Below, piece after piece: positions 41,617-51,240 of a DNA stretch of 64,000 nucleotides; position 1 is the first letter of the stretch, and each line of letters opens with the position of its first letter. Origin of the DNA: Methylocystis sp. (GTDB lineage: Bacteria; Pseudomonadota; Alphaproteobacteria; Rhizobiales; Beijerinckiaceae); NCBI GenBank assembly GCA_021731565.1, contig JAKFXD010000098.1:2672-66671 (forward strand). Reading direction: 5' to 3'. The position numbers were made by a program, and so were the translations under genes. The notes under the pieces are model-generated. The model did not search any database. It saw nothing but the letters and a program-made list of their open reading frames with translations, and was not told the origin of the DNA.

Positions 41617-42132
41617 TCAGGGCAATGCATGCTGCATCAGAACAGCCGGGAATGAGACCTCCGAGTCGAGAGGGATATCTGCCCCCGCTACAGTTTTGAA
41701 GCCTAACGCCTTGTAAAAATTTTCGGCGGCGAACGTTGAGCAACAATGAAGTTCGCTTACGTCTCGAGCCTTGGCGTCCATGCAGCACCGATTCATAAGG
41801 GAACGCCCGACGCCCAAGCGAGTCCAGCCGGGATGCGTGGCGAAATGTCGGATGTGTGCTTCCCCTCGGACGATCTTTGCAGTTCCTGGACGCTCAAGCG
41901 ACCAGCCACCGCACCCGATGAGTTCGCCGTGGCTGCTCTGCGCGACGTAGAAGGAGCCGGACGCGAGAAGCGTTGGATTCGCCTTTGTCATGAAAGGCAA
42001 GGCTCGATCGAGCAGAACCCTTTCATAATGCGACTCCAAAAGAGCGGAGTAGCTCGCCGCCAGAAGGCAGCTCACCGCGCTTGCGTCAGAAGGATCGGCG
42101 ACCCGAACGATGTAGGTCACTGTCGAGACCAT
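41617..42132 (-). CDS. GNAT family N-acetyltransferase
   Basis: IGCGGWS, IRHFATHPGWTRLGVGRSL and AENFYKALGF. Confidence 0.85.
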   Translation of the reverse strand: MVSTVTYIVRVADPSDASAVSCLLAASYSALLESHYERVLLDRALPFMTKANPTLLASGSFYVAQSSHGELIGCGGWSLERPGTAKIVRGEAHIRHFATHPGWTRLGVGRSLMNRCCMDAKARDVSELHCCSTFAAENFYKALGFKTVAGADIPLDSEVSFPAVLMQHALP

Positions 42133-42146
42133 TGCGCCAAGCGCCG

Positions 42147-43316
42147 TTACGCCGCGAGATCGGCGACCACCGCATCGAGCACCGGGAAGCCTTCGGAGCT
42201 GACGCGCAGCCGGTTCTCGCGGGTGAATTCGACGAGGCCGTCGCCGATCAGTTCGCTGATCCGCGATTGCGACAGGCGCTTGCCGGTCAGCAGGAAATAG
42301 CGCTGCGGATCGACGCCCTCGCGCAGCCGCAGCCCCATCAGCAGGAATTCGTCGCCTTCCTGCTCGGACGAAAGCAGTTCGTCATCGATGAGGCCGTGGC
42401 CTTCGGTCTCGACGCAGGTGAGCCACATTTCGGGATGCCGCTCGGCGGCCTGGGCGCGCCGTCCGCGCGGCGTGACCACCCGCCCATGCGCGCCGGGACC
42501 GACCCCGACATATTCGCCATAGCGCCAATAGACCAGATTGTGCCGGCATTCGGCGCCGGGCCGCGCGTGGTTGGAGACTTCGTAAGCGGGCAGGCCGGCG
42601 CGGGCGGTGACCTCCTGCGTCACGTCCCAGAGCGCGCGCTGAACCTCGGCGCTCGGCAGCGCCATTTTGCCGGCGTTGACCATCCGCTCGAACATCGTAT
42701 CGGGCTCGATGGTCAGCTGATAGAGCGAGACATGTTCGGGCGCGCGGGCGAGCGCCAGCTCCAGCTCCTTGCGCCAGGCGGCAGGGGTCTGGCCGGAACG
42801 GCCGTAGATCAGATCGAAGGACGCGCGCTCGAAGACGGAAGTGGCGACATCGAGCGCCATCAGCGCCTCCGCGACGGAATGCTGCCGCCCAAGCGCGCGA
42901 AGATCGATGTCGTTTAGGGCCTGCACGCCGAGCGAGACGCGATTGACGCCGGCGGCCTTGAACCCCCTGAAGCGCGAGGCCTCGACGCTGGTCGGATTGG
43001 CCTCGAGCGTGATCTCGCAGTCCTTGGCGAGGCTCCAATGGCGCGAAATCTGGGACAGAATCGCCTGGGCCGTCGACGGCGCCATCAGCGACGGCGTGCC
43101 GCCGCCAAAGAAAATCGAGCGGACCTCGCGCCCGGGCGTCAGCGCGGCGCGATGCGCGAGCTCAGCGCTGAAGGCCTCGACAAAGCGGTCCTCGTCGACG
43201 TCGCCGCGCCGGACGTGGCTGTTGAAATCGCAATAGGGGCATTTCGACAGGCAGAACGGCCAGTGGACATAAACGCCGAAGCCTGGGTCGAAAGCGTTGC
43301 GAATCGGTGTCGCCAT
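42147..43316 (-). CDS. hemW: Radical SAM heme chaperone HemW
   Basis: YVHWPFCLSKCPYCDFN, FGGGTPS, YEVSN and HNLVYW. Confidence 0.93.
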   Translation of the reverse strand: MATPIRNAFDPGFGVYVHWPFCLSKCPYCDFNSHVRRGDVDEDRFVEAFSAELAHRAALTPGREVRSIFFGGGTPSLMAPSTAQAILSQISRHWSLAKDCEITLEANPTSVEASRFRGFKAAGVNRVSLGVQALNDIDLRALGRQHSVAEALMALDVATSVFERASFDLIYGRSGQTPAAWRKELELALARAPEHVSLYQLTIEPDTMFERMVNAGKMALPSAEVQRALWDVTQEVTARAGLPAYEVSNHARPGAECRHNLVYWRYGEYVGVGPGAHGRVVTPRGRRAQAAERHPEMWLTCVETEGHGLIDDELLSSEQEGDEFLLMGLRLREGVDPQRYFLLTGKRLSQSRISELIGDGLVEFTRENRLRVSSEGFPVLDAVVADLAA

Positions 43317-43362
43317 GGCCCTTTATCGCACGGAACGGCGGGAAGGGCACAATGCGGCGGGG

Positions 43363-46300
43363 TCAGAACCACGCGAACCAGTTCCGTTCGAACAGGATCG
43401 TCGAAGCGAAGCCGGCGACGGGCAGAATCTGGCCCTTGACCAGCGGCTGCCGCCAAACGGGGCTGAACGCGCCGCCGTCAAGATTCGTGATTTTTTCCAG
43501 CTGCGCTTCGAGATAGCCGCGATCGGCGGCGCTGAATTTTTGTTCGAAGCTGGAATTCCCGCTCTTTCCGTGGGTTTTGCCGAAAAGCGCGTCCTCGATT
43601 TTTTGCTTGGATTTCGCGCGCGCTGTTTCCGCCGCCCTGTTCAACGCGAGCGCGCAGGCGACAATCGTGACGAGCGCGAGCGCCATAAAGAAGAGGAGCG
43701 CGCCGCTACTGGGATAATTGGCGAATATGCCGCTTCTCTCGATAATCGTCAGCGCAACCAGCAAGAAAGGCCAGTAGGCCAAAGGGAGAATGCATGCGGT
43801 GCGCTTCTCGATGAATTCGATATCCAGAGCGTCATTGCGGATGAAGCCGATCTGCGTCCGACTGGAATTCGAGGAGGCTTGATCCAGCGAACGATCGACG
43901 CGAATCGAAGGCCAAACAGTAGAATGGTATTCGAGATCATTTACGAAACAAAGACATAGAATTGTAGCGTCCCATACATAGAGAATTGCATAGCAAACAG
44001 CTAAAAATTCTATCGGCGTGGTCACTTCGAAGAATGTTCGAGCTATGTCGCCTCGAATTGGAGGGATGATGTTTCCATATACGCGCCACATGATCCCGAA
44101 AATCACAAGAAATAAGAGCGAGACGCACGCCGTGCGCAAATGACGCGCGCCGGGGCGGCCGGCGCATACATAGCCGCGCCAGCCGGTCCTGACATCATAC
44201 GGTTTATTCTCGCTCGCCGGAGGATCGAATGTCGCTTTCTTGGGCGTCAGTATGTCAAGCCATGGCCTGAAATTTATAAAGCCGAGCTTTCCTTCGCGGG
44301 AGGCGCGCTTAATCACCTCGTCAGGACAGTCGAGGCCCAATCTTGTTGCGATCTCTCCGAGGTTATCGTCCAGTCGGCTCGATGCGCGCGCGACGATTCG
44401 CACGCACAGAATGATCACCAGCAGTTGTATCGCGATTGTCGGCCAAACGCTGACGCCTTCGCTCCAAGCAATCGGCTCGCCGCTGCCCGTTTCGGTGAGC
44501 CAAAGAGCCGCTTGCTCCCAATAGCCGAGGACGATTGCCGCACACAGCAGGATCAGGCCAAGAAAGAACGTGTCCGACGAGGCGCCGGCGCGCTGAAACC
44601 CGTCGCTCTTCCGTCTAAGGGCGTAAGCAAGCGCCAGCAATGCACATCCGCCAACGGCCAACATGGAAACGATAAAAACGCGTTCTCTATTCGGGAGTTC
44701 CGGAAAGGGTTTTGGCGGATCGGGTTGAACACGCGGGAACGACGGGCGGGCGTCGGCATCCTTGACCGGCCGCGGTCGAAGCGACTGAAGCGCGCCCGTC
44801 CGTGAGATCTCGAAGAGGTCGGATCGCGAAAGCTCCTTTCGGATGTTTTCCGCGCGACCGGCGCCGCCCCGATCGTCGATCGCAAGCTGTATCGCGAGAA
44901 AGGCGGACGTCTGATAAACGCTTCGGAAAGGAGGAATGTCGCCCTGTAAATCTTGATGCAGCGTCGGACCGAAGCTGGACGCGACGATCAGATTGCGCGT
45001 CCAGGCCAATTCGCTCGGCATTGTCAGTATCGAGTCGTAATCGGTCGTAAAGAAGATCGCATTGGGAAAATTCGGCTTCAGCGCGCGCAGAACGAGCAGC
45101 TTGTCGAATACGTCGCTTCCAAGAACGCCAATCGCCTTTATGCCCGCGCCGCCTTCGAACCGAATCTTCTTGTCCTCATCGATCAGGCTGTCGGCCAGCC
45201 GGCGCAAATAATCGCTTTGGCCTGGCCCATGCGGCCGGTCGCCGGCGCGCGCCGCCTTCCTGTCCAATACCGCCTCTTTGTCGTCGGCGGTTTTGGCGGC
45301 GTCCTTACCGGCCCGCTGATTTTCCGTTTTCTTGTCATCTGGCGCCATGACGCCGTCGATGCCGCGCAAATAGGATTTCTGAATAATTCTGGGATTATTT
45401 GAAGAAGGCTCGACTGGCGGGCAGGGTTCGCTCTTGCGGTAGGCGCATCTAACGTTCTCTCTGATCGCCTGCCCGTAAGTCGTATCCCACTCGGAAACGA
45501 GCGCGATGCTGTGTGCTTTGGCGTAGCTCACGTCGCGCTTTTCTAGTTCATCGACGAGACTGCCGGCAAGAATGTCATCAGGCGTGATCGTTTGCTCGAT
45601 CGTGGCCGGTCCGAACTTGAGCGAACATTGTCTCCTCCCGTCGTGCTGATGCTTGAGGTCATCGTTCAGCGCGATCGTCGCCCCATAGGACGTAAATTTG
45701 AATCTGGAAGGACGATTTTCGTTGGCAATCGCCAGAAGCGCGTCCGACGTATGAGGCCCGATGATGGGAAAAGGCAATCTGGCCGATGGACAGACTTGTA
45801 TGCCCGACATGGCGTAGCGAGAGAAGGGCGATATCAGATCTTCAAGAATTCTGACCGGCGTTTTTTCCTTGGCGATCGTATCGGTCAAGAATTGTTCGTT
45901 GATCCAGAGAATCAGAATGCTCCGCAGATCGGTCGAACCTTCCGTCGACGGTTCCCGGTCGAACCATTCATATGGCACGATCGTTTTGATCGGCTTGTCG
46001 TCCGGGCCGGTAACGCAGACCCGATAATAGTCGATGTGCTGAGCGTCCGCCGGCTGGAATCCTTTGTGCGCCAGGGCCGACACGACGGCATAGCGCAGAC
46101 GGCGACGGAATTCGACGTCCTCCGCGTAGGGCGCGCCGGAGACCATGACGGGAAGAACGAGCGACTGTTCGTCCGCGCGAGACCGTCGCTCCAACTTGAT
46201 ATGCTCGACGTGCTCGAACGCGGGCGTTTGGACCGGTAACGTAGACGGCGCGGCGGCCTTGCCTTTCGTTCCCTTCCGCACATCGGTCCGCGCCCGCTTG

Positions 46301-46554
46301 TCGGGCGTGTCGCATGCGTTGCCGGTCGCTTCCCTAGGCAAATTTTTTTCCACGGCGCCGAAGGGATCCTGCCAAAGACGCGCGGAAATGTCGTGATAGG
46401 CGTATCCGTGGAACGCCGTCTCCTGAGCGTTCGGACGCGCGCCTTCCAGCGGCGCCTCCTTCTGAATCAGGAGAGCGCTCGCCGCCACAATTATCGCTAC
46501 AATCATTCCGCCGCTGGCGACTGAACCGCCCTGCTGTTTATCTTTGGTCGCCAT
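43363..46554 (-). CDS. Large multi-pass membrane hypothetical protein (1063 aa)
   Basis: Long uninterrupted ORF with an N-terminal hydrophobic anchor, about 600 aa soluble region and several C-terminal TM segments. More AT-rich than its flanks. Confidence 0.75.
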   Translation of the reverse strand: MATKDKQQGGSVASGGMIVAIIVAASALLIQKEAPLEGARPNAQETAFHGYAYHDISARLWQDPFGAVEKNLPREATGNACDTPDKRARTDVRKGTKGKAAAPSTLPVQTPAFEHVEHIKLERRSRADEQSLVLPVMVSGAPYAEDVEFRRRLRYAVVSALAHKGFQPADAQHIDYYRVCVTGPDDKPIKTIVPYEWFDREPSTEGSTDLRSILILWINEQFLTDTIAKEKTPVRILEDLISPFSRYAMSGIQVCPSARLPFPIIGPHTSDALLAIANENRPSRFKFTSYGATIALNDDLKHQHDGRRQCSLKFGPATIEQTITPDDILAGSLVDELEKRDVSYAKAHSIALVSEWDTTYGQAIRENVRCAYRKSEPCPPVEPSSNNPRIIQKSYLRGIDGVMAPDDKKTENQRAGKDAAKTADDKEAVLDRKAARAGDRPHGPGQSDYLRRLADSLIDEDKKIRFEGGAGIKAIGVLGSDVFDKLLVLRALKPNFPNAIFFTTDYDSILTMPSELAWTRNLIVASSFGPTLHQDLQGDIPPFRSVYQTSAFLAIQLAIDDRGGAGRAENIRKELSRSDLFEISRTGALQSLRPRPVKDADARPSFPRVQPDPPKPFPELPNRERVFIVSMLAVGGCALLALAYALRRKSDGFQRAGASSDTFFLGLILLCAAIVLGYWEQAALWLTETGSGEPIAWSEGVSVWPTIAIQLLVIILCVRIVARASSRLDDNLGEIATRLGLDCPDEVIKRASREGKLGFINFRPWLDILTPKKATFDPPASENKPYDVRTGWRGYVCAGRPGARHLRTACVSLLFLVIFGIMWRVYGNIIPPIRGDIARTFFEVTTPIEFLAVCYAILYVWDATILCLCFVNDLEYHSTVWPSIRVDRSLDQASSNSSRTQIGFIRNDALDIEFIEKRTACILPLAYWPFLLVALTIIERSGIFANYPSSGALLFFMALALVTIVACALALNRAAETARAKSKQKIEDALFGKTHGKSGNSSFEQKFSAADRGYLEAQLEKITNLDGGAFSPVWRQPLVKGQILPVAGFASTILFERNWFAWF

Positions 46555-46806
46555 ATCAAAATCCGCAATTCGACAATCAAGCCGGCGCGCGAGAAAAGCT
46601 CGTCGGAATATGGGGACGCGCCTAGAGCGCCGGCGGACCAGTAAGCCGCAAGTCTAGCAGCCTTGCTGAACCGCAGCAATTTAGCGTCGCTCTTCTTGAT
46701 TAATCTTCCGAGCCGAAAGGTCCCGCGGCTTCAATTCGCTGCATGGCCCCTTATCGACCGGCGCCTGATCAGATATTTTCCCGCGCCGGAAGCGGGGGAT
46801 CGCCGA

Positions 46807-47907
46807 ATGGGCGGGTGGAACATTTCGCGGCTTTGGCGGGGAGCGGGCGAAAAGGAGAGGGGCGATCCGGCGATCGCGGAAATCGCCGGCGAGATTTGCC
46901 GCAATCTTGGCGCGCTCGGCCTTTTTGTCGAGTCGAAGCGATATGGCGCGAGTTTCTGGGAAATCAGGGCATCGACCTCGCCGAGGCTGATCACCACGCC
47001 GGATGGGGTGCAGGCTTCGGGCGTCGCCTTGCTGCTCGCCGGAAAATTCGAGCCGCCCGCGCTCGTCTTCGAGCAAATAAATTCGCTCAGACGGGGGCTG
47101 GGCCGAGCGATGGTCGAGGCGGCGATGAATGGCCTCAAGGCGCGACCCGGCGTCCTGGGATGCGTCAAGGTCAATGATCTTTCGCCGCGCATGGGCGACG
47201 GGCGGAGATGGTGGGAGCATGTCGCCGACGCGTATGCCGAATTCGACTGGGTCATCACCCATGAAGAGCCGTTCGGGCATGCGTCAGTTCCTACGCCTCC
47301 CGTGCAAGCGCCCGATCCGGCGCCCACGGCCCGCGCCGACATCGTCGACTCGCCGGAGTTTCTGAAGAAGCGACAAAGGCTCGAGGCGCTGGCGCGCGCG
47401 TTCGGCTATGACGCGGGCAAGGCGTCGCTCAGCCCGCAGACGAAAACCTTCGACTATCTGGGCCAAAGCTTCACGTCGGAAGGTCAGTCCTTTCCCGACG
47501 GACGCGTCGAGATTTATTACGACCCGAACATGAGCGACGCGCGGCTCGGATGCTGCCTCGCGCATGAATTGCAGCATGTGCGCTATTTCGCGGTGCGCGA
47601 CGCTTATCGGGCGGAGCCGCCGGACGGCCGTCTGCATCGGCGCTTCGCCAAATATGCGCCGGAAGCTCTCGCGGCGCAGCGCGGCGTCTCCAACTATTCG
47701 AACGAACATTGGGACGCCTGGAAGGGCGATGCGCCGCCGCAGCTGTTCTCCTTCGAATTGGAGGAAGGGGACAGCGAACCGATCAATGAGACGATCGCGG
47801 AAGTCGCCAAGGCGCTCTACAATTGGGGGCCGGACGTGCGCATCAATCCTCTGTGGAGAGAGCTGCATGACGCGATCAATGAAGAATATGCGGCGCTTCG
47901 AAGATAG
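46807..47907 (+). CDS. Hypothetical protein with GNAT-like N-domain and HExxH metallopeptidase-like C-domain
   Basis: RRGLGRAMVEA; Pro-rich linker; LAHELQH...GVSNYS...NETIAE. ATG 46807 follows GGGGA. Confidence 0.65.
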   Translation: MGGWNISRLWRGAGEKERGDPAIAEIAGEICRNLGALGLFVESKRYGASFWEIRASTSPRLITTPDGVQASGVALLLAGKFEPPALVFEQINSLRRGLGRAMVEAAMNGLKARPGVLGCVKVNDLSPRMGDGRRWWEHVADAYAEFDWVITHEEPFGHASVPTPPVQAPDPAPTARADIVDSPEFLKKRQRLEALARAFGYDAGKASLSPQTKTFDYLGQSFTSEGQSFPDGRVEIYYDPNMSDARLGCCLAHELQHVRYFAVRDAYRAEPPDGRLHRRFAKYAPEALAAQRGVSNYSNEHWDAWKGDAPPQLFSFELEEGDSEPINETIAEVAKALYNWGPDVRINPLWRELHDAINEEYAALRR

Positions 47908-47919
47908 AGCGCCGTTCGT

Positions 47920-48993
47920 TCACGACTTGCGTTCGCGCTCCAGCAATGCGCGTTTGCGCTCGACGCCCCAATAGTAGCCGGAAAGCGCGCCGTCGCTGCG
48001 CACGACGCGATGGCAGGGAACCGCGAGCGAAACCGGATTGGCCGCGCAGGCGCCCGCGACCGCGCGCGTCGCTTTCGGCGCGCCGATGCGTTTCGCGATC
48101 TCGGCGTAGCTCGCCGTCTCTCCCGCCGGAATGTCCCGCAGCGCCGCCCAGACGCGCTGCTGAAAGGCCGTGCCGCGCATGTCGAGCGGCAGATCGACGC
48201 GCGTTTGAGGCCGCTCCACCATCCCCACCGCAGCGGCGACATAGCGTTCGAACGACTCATCGCCGCCAATGAGCGTCGCCCGCGGAAAACGATCCTGCAG
48301 ATCGCGCAGCAGTTCTTCAGGGTCGTCGCCGAGCGAAATGGCGCAGACGCCTTTTTCGCTCGCGGCGACGAGCACCGCGCCGAGCGACGATTGGCCGATG
48401 GCGAAGCGGATCGTTTCGCGCGGCGCCCCGGCGCGATAGGCGCTCGCCGTCATGCCCAAAGTCTCCTTGGCCGTCGCGTAGAAGCGCGCGCTCGAATGAT
48501 AGCCGGAATCATAGATCGCCTCGGTCACTGTCTGAACTTCCCTGAGCTTGCCGCGCAAGCGCTCGCGCCGATGCGCCTCGGCATAGGCCTTGGGCGTAAC
48601 GCCGGCGATGCGCTTAAACAGCCGGTGGAAGTGAAACGGACTGAGCCCTGCGGCGCGCGCCAGCCGCGCCAGAGGCGGCGGCGCTTCCGCCGCTTCGATC
48701 ATTCGGCAGGCGCTGGCGATTTTCTCAGCGTCCCGCTCCTGCTGCGACGGCGCATCGGGCCGGCAGCGGCGGCAGGGGCGAAAGCCCTGAGCCTCGGCTG
48801 CTTCGACCGTGGCGCAGAAGCGCACATTGGCCCGCTTCGCCGGCCGGGACGGGCAGGAGGGGCGGCAATAAACGCCGGTCGTTTCGACGCAATAAAAGAA
48901 CGCGCCGTCATGGCGCACATCGCGCGCGACCACCGCCGCCCAGCGCGCATCGTCGAGATCGAGCGAATGTGTCTCAGTCATATCGCGGGTCAT
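47920..48993 (-). CDS. ada: Bifunctional transcriptional activator / O6-methylguanine-DNA methyltransferase Ada
   Basis: TTGVYCRPSC and FRPCRRC Zn site, AraC HTH, and PCHRVV active site. Confidence 0.96.
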   Translation of the reverse strand: MTRDMTETHSLDLDDARWAAVVARDVRHDGAFFYCVETTGVYCRPSCPSRPAKRANVRFCATVEAAEAQGFRPCRRCRPDAPSQQERDAEKIASACRMIEAAEAPPPLARLARAAGLSPFHFHRLFKRIAGVTPKAYAEAHRRERLRGKLREVQTVTEAIYDSGYHSSARFYATAKETLGMTASAYRAGAPRETIRFAIGQSSLGAVLVAASEKGVCAISLGDDPEELLRDLQDRFPRATLIGGDESFERYVAAAVGMVERPQTRVDLPLDMRGTAFQQRVWAALRDIPAGETASYAEIAKRIGAPKATRAVAGACAANPVSLAVPCHRVVRSDGALSGYYWGVERKRALLERERKS

Positions 48994-49117
48994 TGTCGCG
49001 CATCATCCCTTTATTGACGATCGCCGCAATGCGTTTCTTGCTGTCCAATCTCCGAACGGCTGACAGGCGCCTCAGGCGATCCTATGCTGCGCCTCTGAAG
49101 CCGAGATTGGACCTGAC

Positions 49118-50137
49118 ATGCCGGAACGCGACACCGCCTTCACGCGCCGAGGGGCGATCGCCGGCGCGGGCGCAAGCCTTGCGTGTTTAGGCGCGCGCGC
49201 CGCGACGGCGTCGACCCTGCTCGTCACCCACCCCGCGGCGCTCGCCCATGACATGGGGCCGACCCATGTCGAAGGGCCGGAGCGTCTGCGCGCCATTCTG
49301 CATGCGCTGGACGATGCGCGCCATCTCGGCCTCATGCGCGCCGAAGCGCCCTTGGCGCCGCGGGAGGCGCTGCTCCGCGCGCATCGTTCGGAGCACCTTT
49401 CGCGGCTTGCCAAATCCGCGCCCTCTGATGGCTATGCGCGTATCGGCCCCGATGTCGTCATGAACGGCGCCACGCAGGAGGCGGCGTCGCGCGCGGCGGG
49501 CGGCGCGATCGCGGCGATCGACGCGGTCATGCGCGGCGACGCCAAGAACGCCTTCGTCGCCATGCGACCGCCGGGACATCATGCGACGCGCGAGACGCCG
49601 ATGGGTTTTTGTTTTTTCAACAATGCCGCCGTCGCCGCTTTGCATGCGCGCGCGGCGCATGGCGCCTCGCGCGTCGCCATCGTCGATTTCGACGTGCATC
49701 ACGGCAATGGCGTGCAGGAAATTTTCTGGAGCGATCGCAACGCGCTTTACGCCTCGACGCATCAGATGCCGCTCTATCCCGGCACGGGCGCGGTCAGCGA
49801 GAGGGGCGAGCACGACAATATCGTCAACGCGCCGCTCGTTAAGGGCGACGGCGGCGCGCAATTTCGCGAGGCGCTCACATCACGCATTCTGCCGCGTCTC
49901 GACGCCTTTTCGCCCGATCTTGTCGTTCTCTGCGCCGGCTTCGACGCCCATCTGCATGATCCGCTCGGCGGTTTACGTCTCATCGCCGACGATTTCAGCG
50001 ACGTCACATTGCGCGTGATGGAGATCGCGGCGCGCCGCTGCAAGGGCCGCATCGTCTCGCTGCTCGAAGGCGGCTATCAGCCTGAAAATCTTGCGCGCAG
50101 CGTCGCGGCGCATGTCGGCGCATTGATGGAGGCGTGA
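49118..50137 (+). CDS. Histone deacetylase-family (Zn-dependent amidohydrolase) protein
   Basis: RPPGHHA, GFCFFNN, DFDVHHGNG, AGFDAH..DPL and LEGGY. N-terminal TRRGAI leader. Confidence 0.92.
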   Translation: MPERDTAFTRRGAIAGAGASLACLGARAATASTLLVTHPAALAHDMGPTHVEGPERLRAILHALDDARHLGLMRAEAPLAPREALLRAHRSEHLSRLAKSAPSDGYARIGPDVVMNGATQEAASRAAGGAIAAIDAVMRGDAKNAFVAMRPPGHHATRETPMGFCFFNNAAVAALHARAAHGASRVAIVDFDVHHGNGVQEIFWSDRNALYASTHQMPLYPGTGAVSERGEHDNIVNAPLVKGDGGAQFREALTSRILPRLDAFSPDLVVLCAGFDAHLHDPLGGLRLIADDFSDVTLRVMEIAARRCKGRIVSLLEGGYQPENLARSVAAHVGALMEA

Positions 50138-50151
50138 GTTAATCCGTGGCT

Positions 50152-50259
50152 TGTCATTCCCGGCAGGCCGAAGGCCTGACCGGGAATCCAGAGCCAATTC
50201 AACGACTCATGTTGTGACTCTGGATTCCCGATCGCGCGTTGCGCGCGTCGGGAATGACA
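50152..50259. repeat. Palindromic intergenic element, copy 2
   Basis: Same arms as 35618-35720 with a different central loop. Lies between convergent genes. Confidence 0.9.
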
Positions 50260-50265
50260 TTCGCG

Positions 50266-51240
50266 TCACCCCAGCCGCGCCGCGAGCTTGCGCCACAGGG
50301 CGTTCTCCGCCCGAAAGACATAGTCGAGCCCGGCGCTGGCGACGCTTGTGGCGCCTTGCGCGATCAGCCAGTCAGCGAGCGCCGCGACTTTCGTCGCCGG
50401 ACAGGAGAAACGCGCCGAGCGGCTGTCCTTCTCGCGCAGTTCCGCGCCGAAATTCGTTTCAGCGGCGCGCAGGATTTGTTCGCTCGGGTCAGGCAGACTG
50501 GCGCGCACCTCGCGGGTCGTGCGCGCTTCTTCTTCCGCGGCGATGCGCGAAAGAATGATGCGCGCCGCTTCACGCGCGGTCTGGCTCCAGGGCGCCGTCA
50601 GCGAGGCGACGAGATTGGCTTGCGAGCGCAGAATCACGCCGTCCTCGATGATTTTCAGCGCATTCGCCGCGAGCGTCGCGCCGGTGGTCGTGATGTCGAC
50701 GATGAGATCGGCCGAGCCGGCTGCGGGCGCGCCCTCGGTCGCGCCGGAGCTCTCGACGATGCGATAGTCCGAAACGCCATGCGCGGCGAAGAAGCGTCGC
50801 GTCGTGTTCACATATTTTGTCGCGACGCGCAGTCCGCGACCGTGGCGCGCGCGAAATCCGTCGGCGATATCGGCGAGGTCGCTCATATAGCGCACGTCGA
50901 TCCAGGCCTGCGGCACGGCGACGATGACATTGGCGGCGCCAAAGCCGAGCGGCGCGAGAAGCTCAACTTTCTGCTCGGCGTCGGCGATCTCTTCACGCAC
51001 CAGATCTTCGCCGGTGACGCCAAGATGGGCTTCGCCGCAGGCAAGCCGGCGCGTGATCTCGGCCGCTGAGAGATAGGCGACTTCCGCGCCCGCGACTCCG
51101 GCGACGGCGCCGCGATAGTCGCGCGCGCCGCGGCCCTGCGTCAGCTCCAGGCCGGCGCGCGCGAAGAAGGCCGCAGCGTTCTCCTGCAGCCGGCCTTTCG
51201 AGGGAGAGGCGATGATGAGTTTCTGTTCGGGCGACATCAT
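50266..51240 (-). CDS. hisG: ATP phosphoribosyltransferase
   Basis: [32 protein letters not shown] and TTGATL.AN.L. Confidence 0.96.
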   Translation of the reverse strand: MMSPEQKLIIASPSKGRLQENAAAFFARAGLELTQGRGARDYRGAVAGVAGAEVAYLSAAEITRRLACGEAHLGVTGEDLVREEIADAEQKVELLAPLGFGAANVIVAVPQAWIDVRYMSDLADIADGFRARHGRGLRVATKYVNTTRRFFAAHGVSDYRIVESSGATEGAPAAGSADLIVDITTTGATLAANALKIIEDGVILRSQANLVASLTAPWSQTAREAARIILSRIAAEEEARTTREVRASLPDPSEQILRAAETNFGAELREKDSRSARFSCPATKVAALADWLIAQGATSVASAGLDYVFRAENALWRKLAARLG

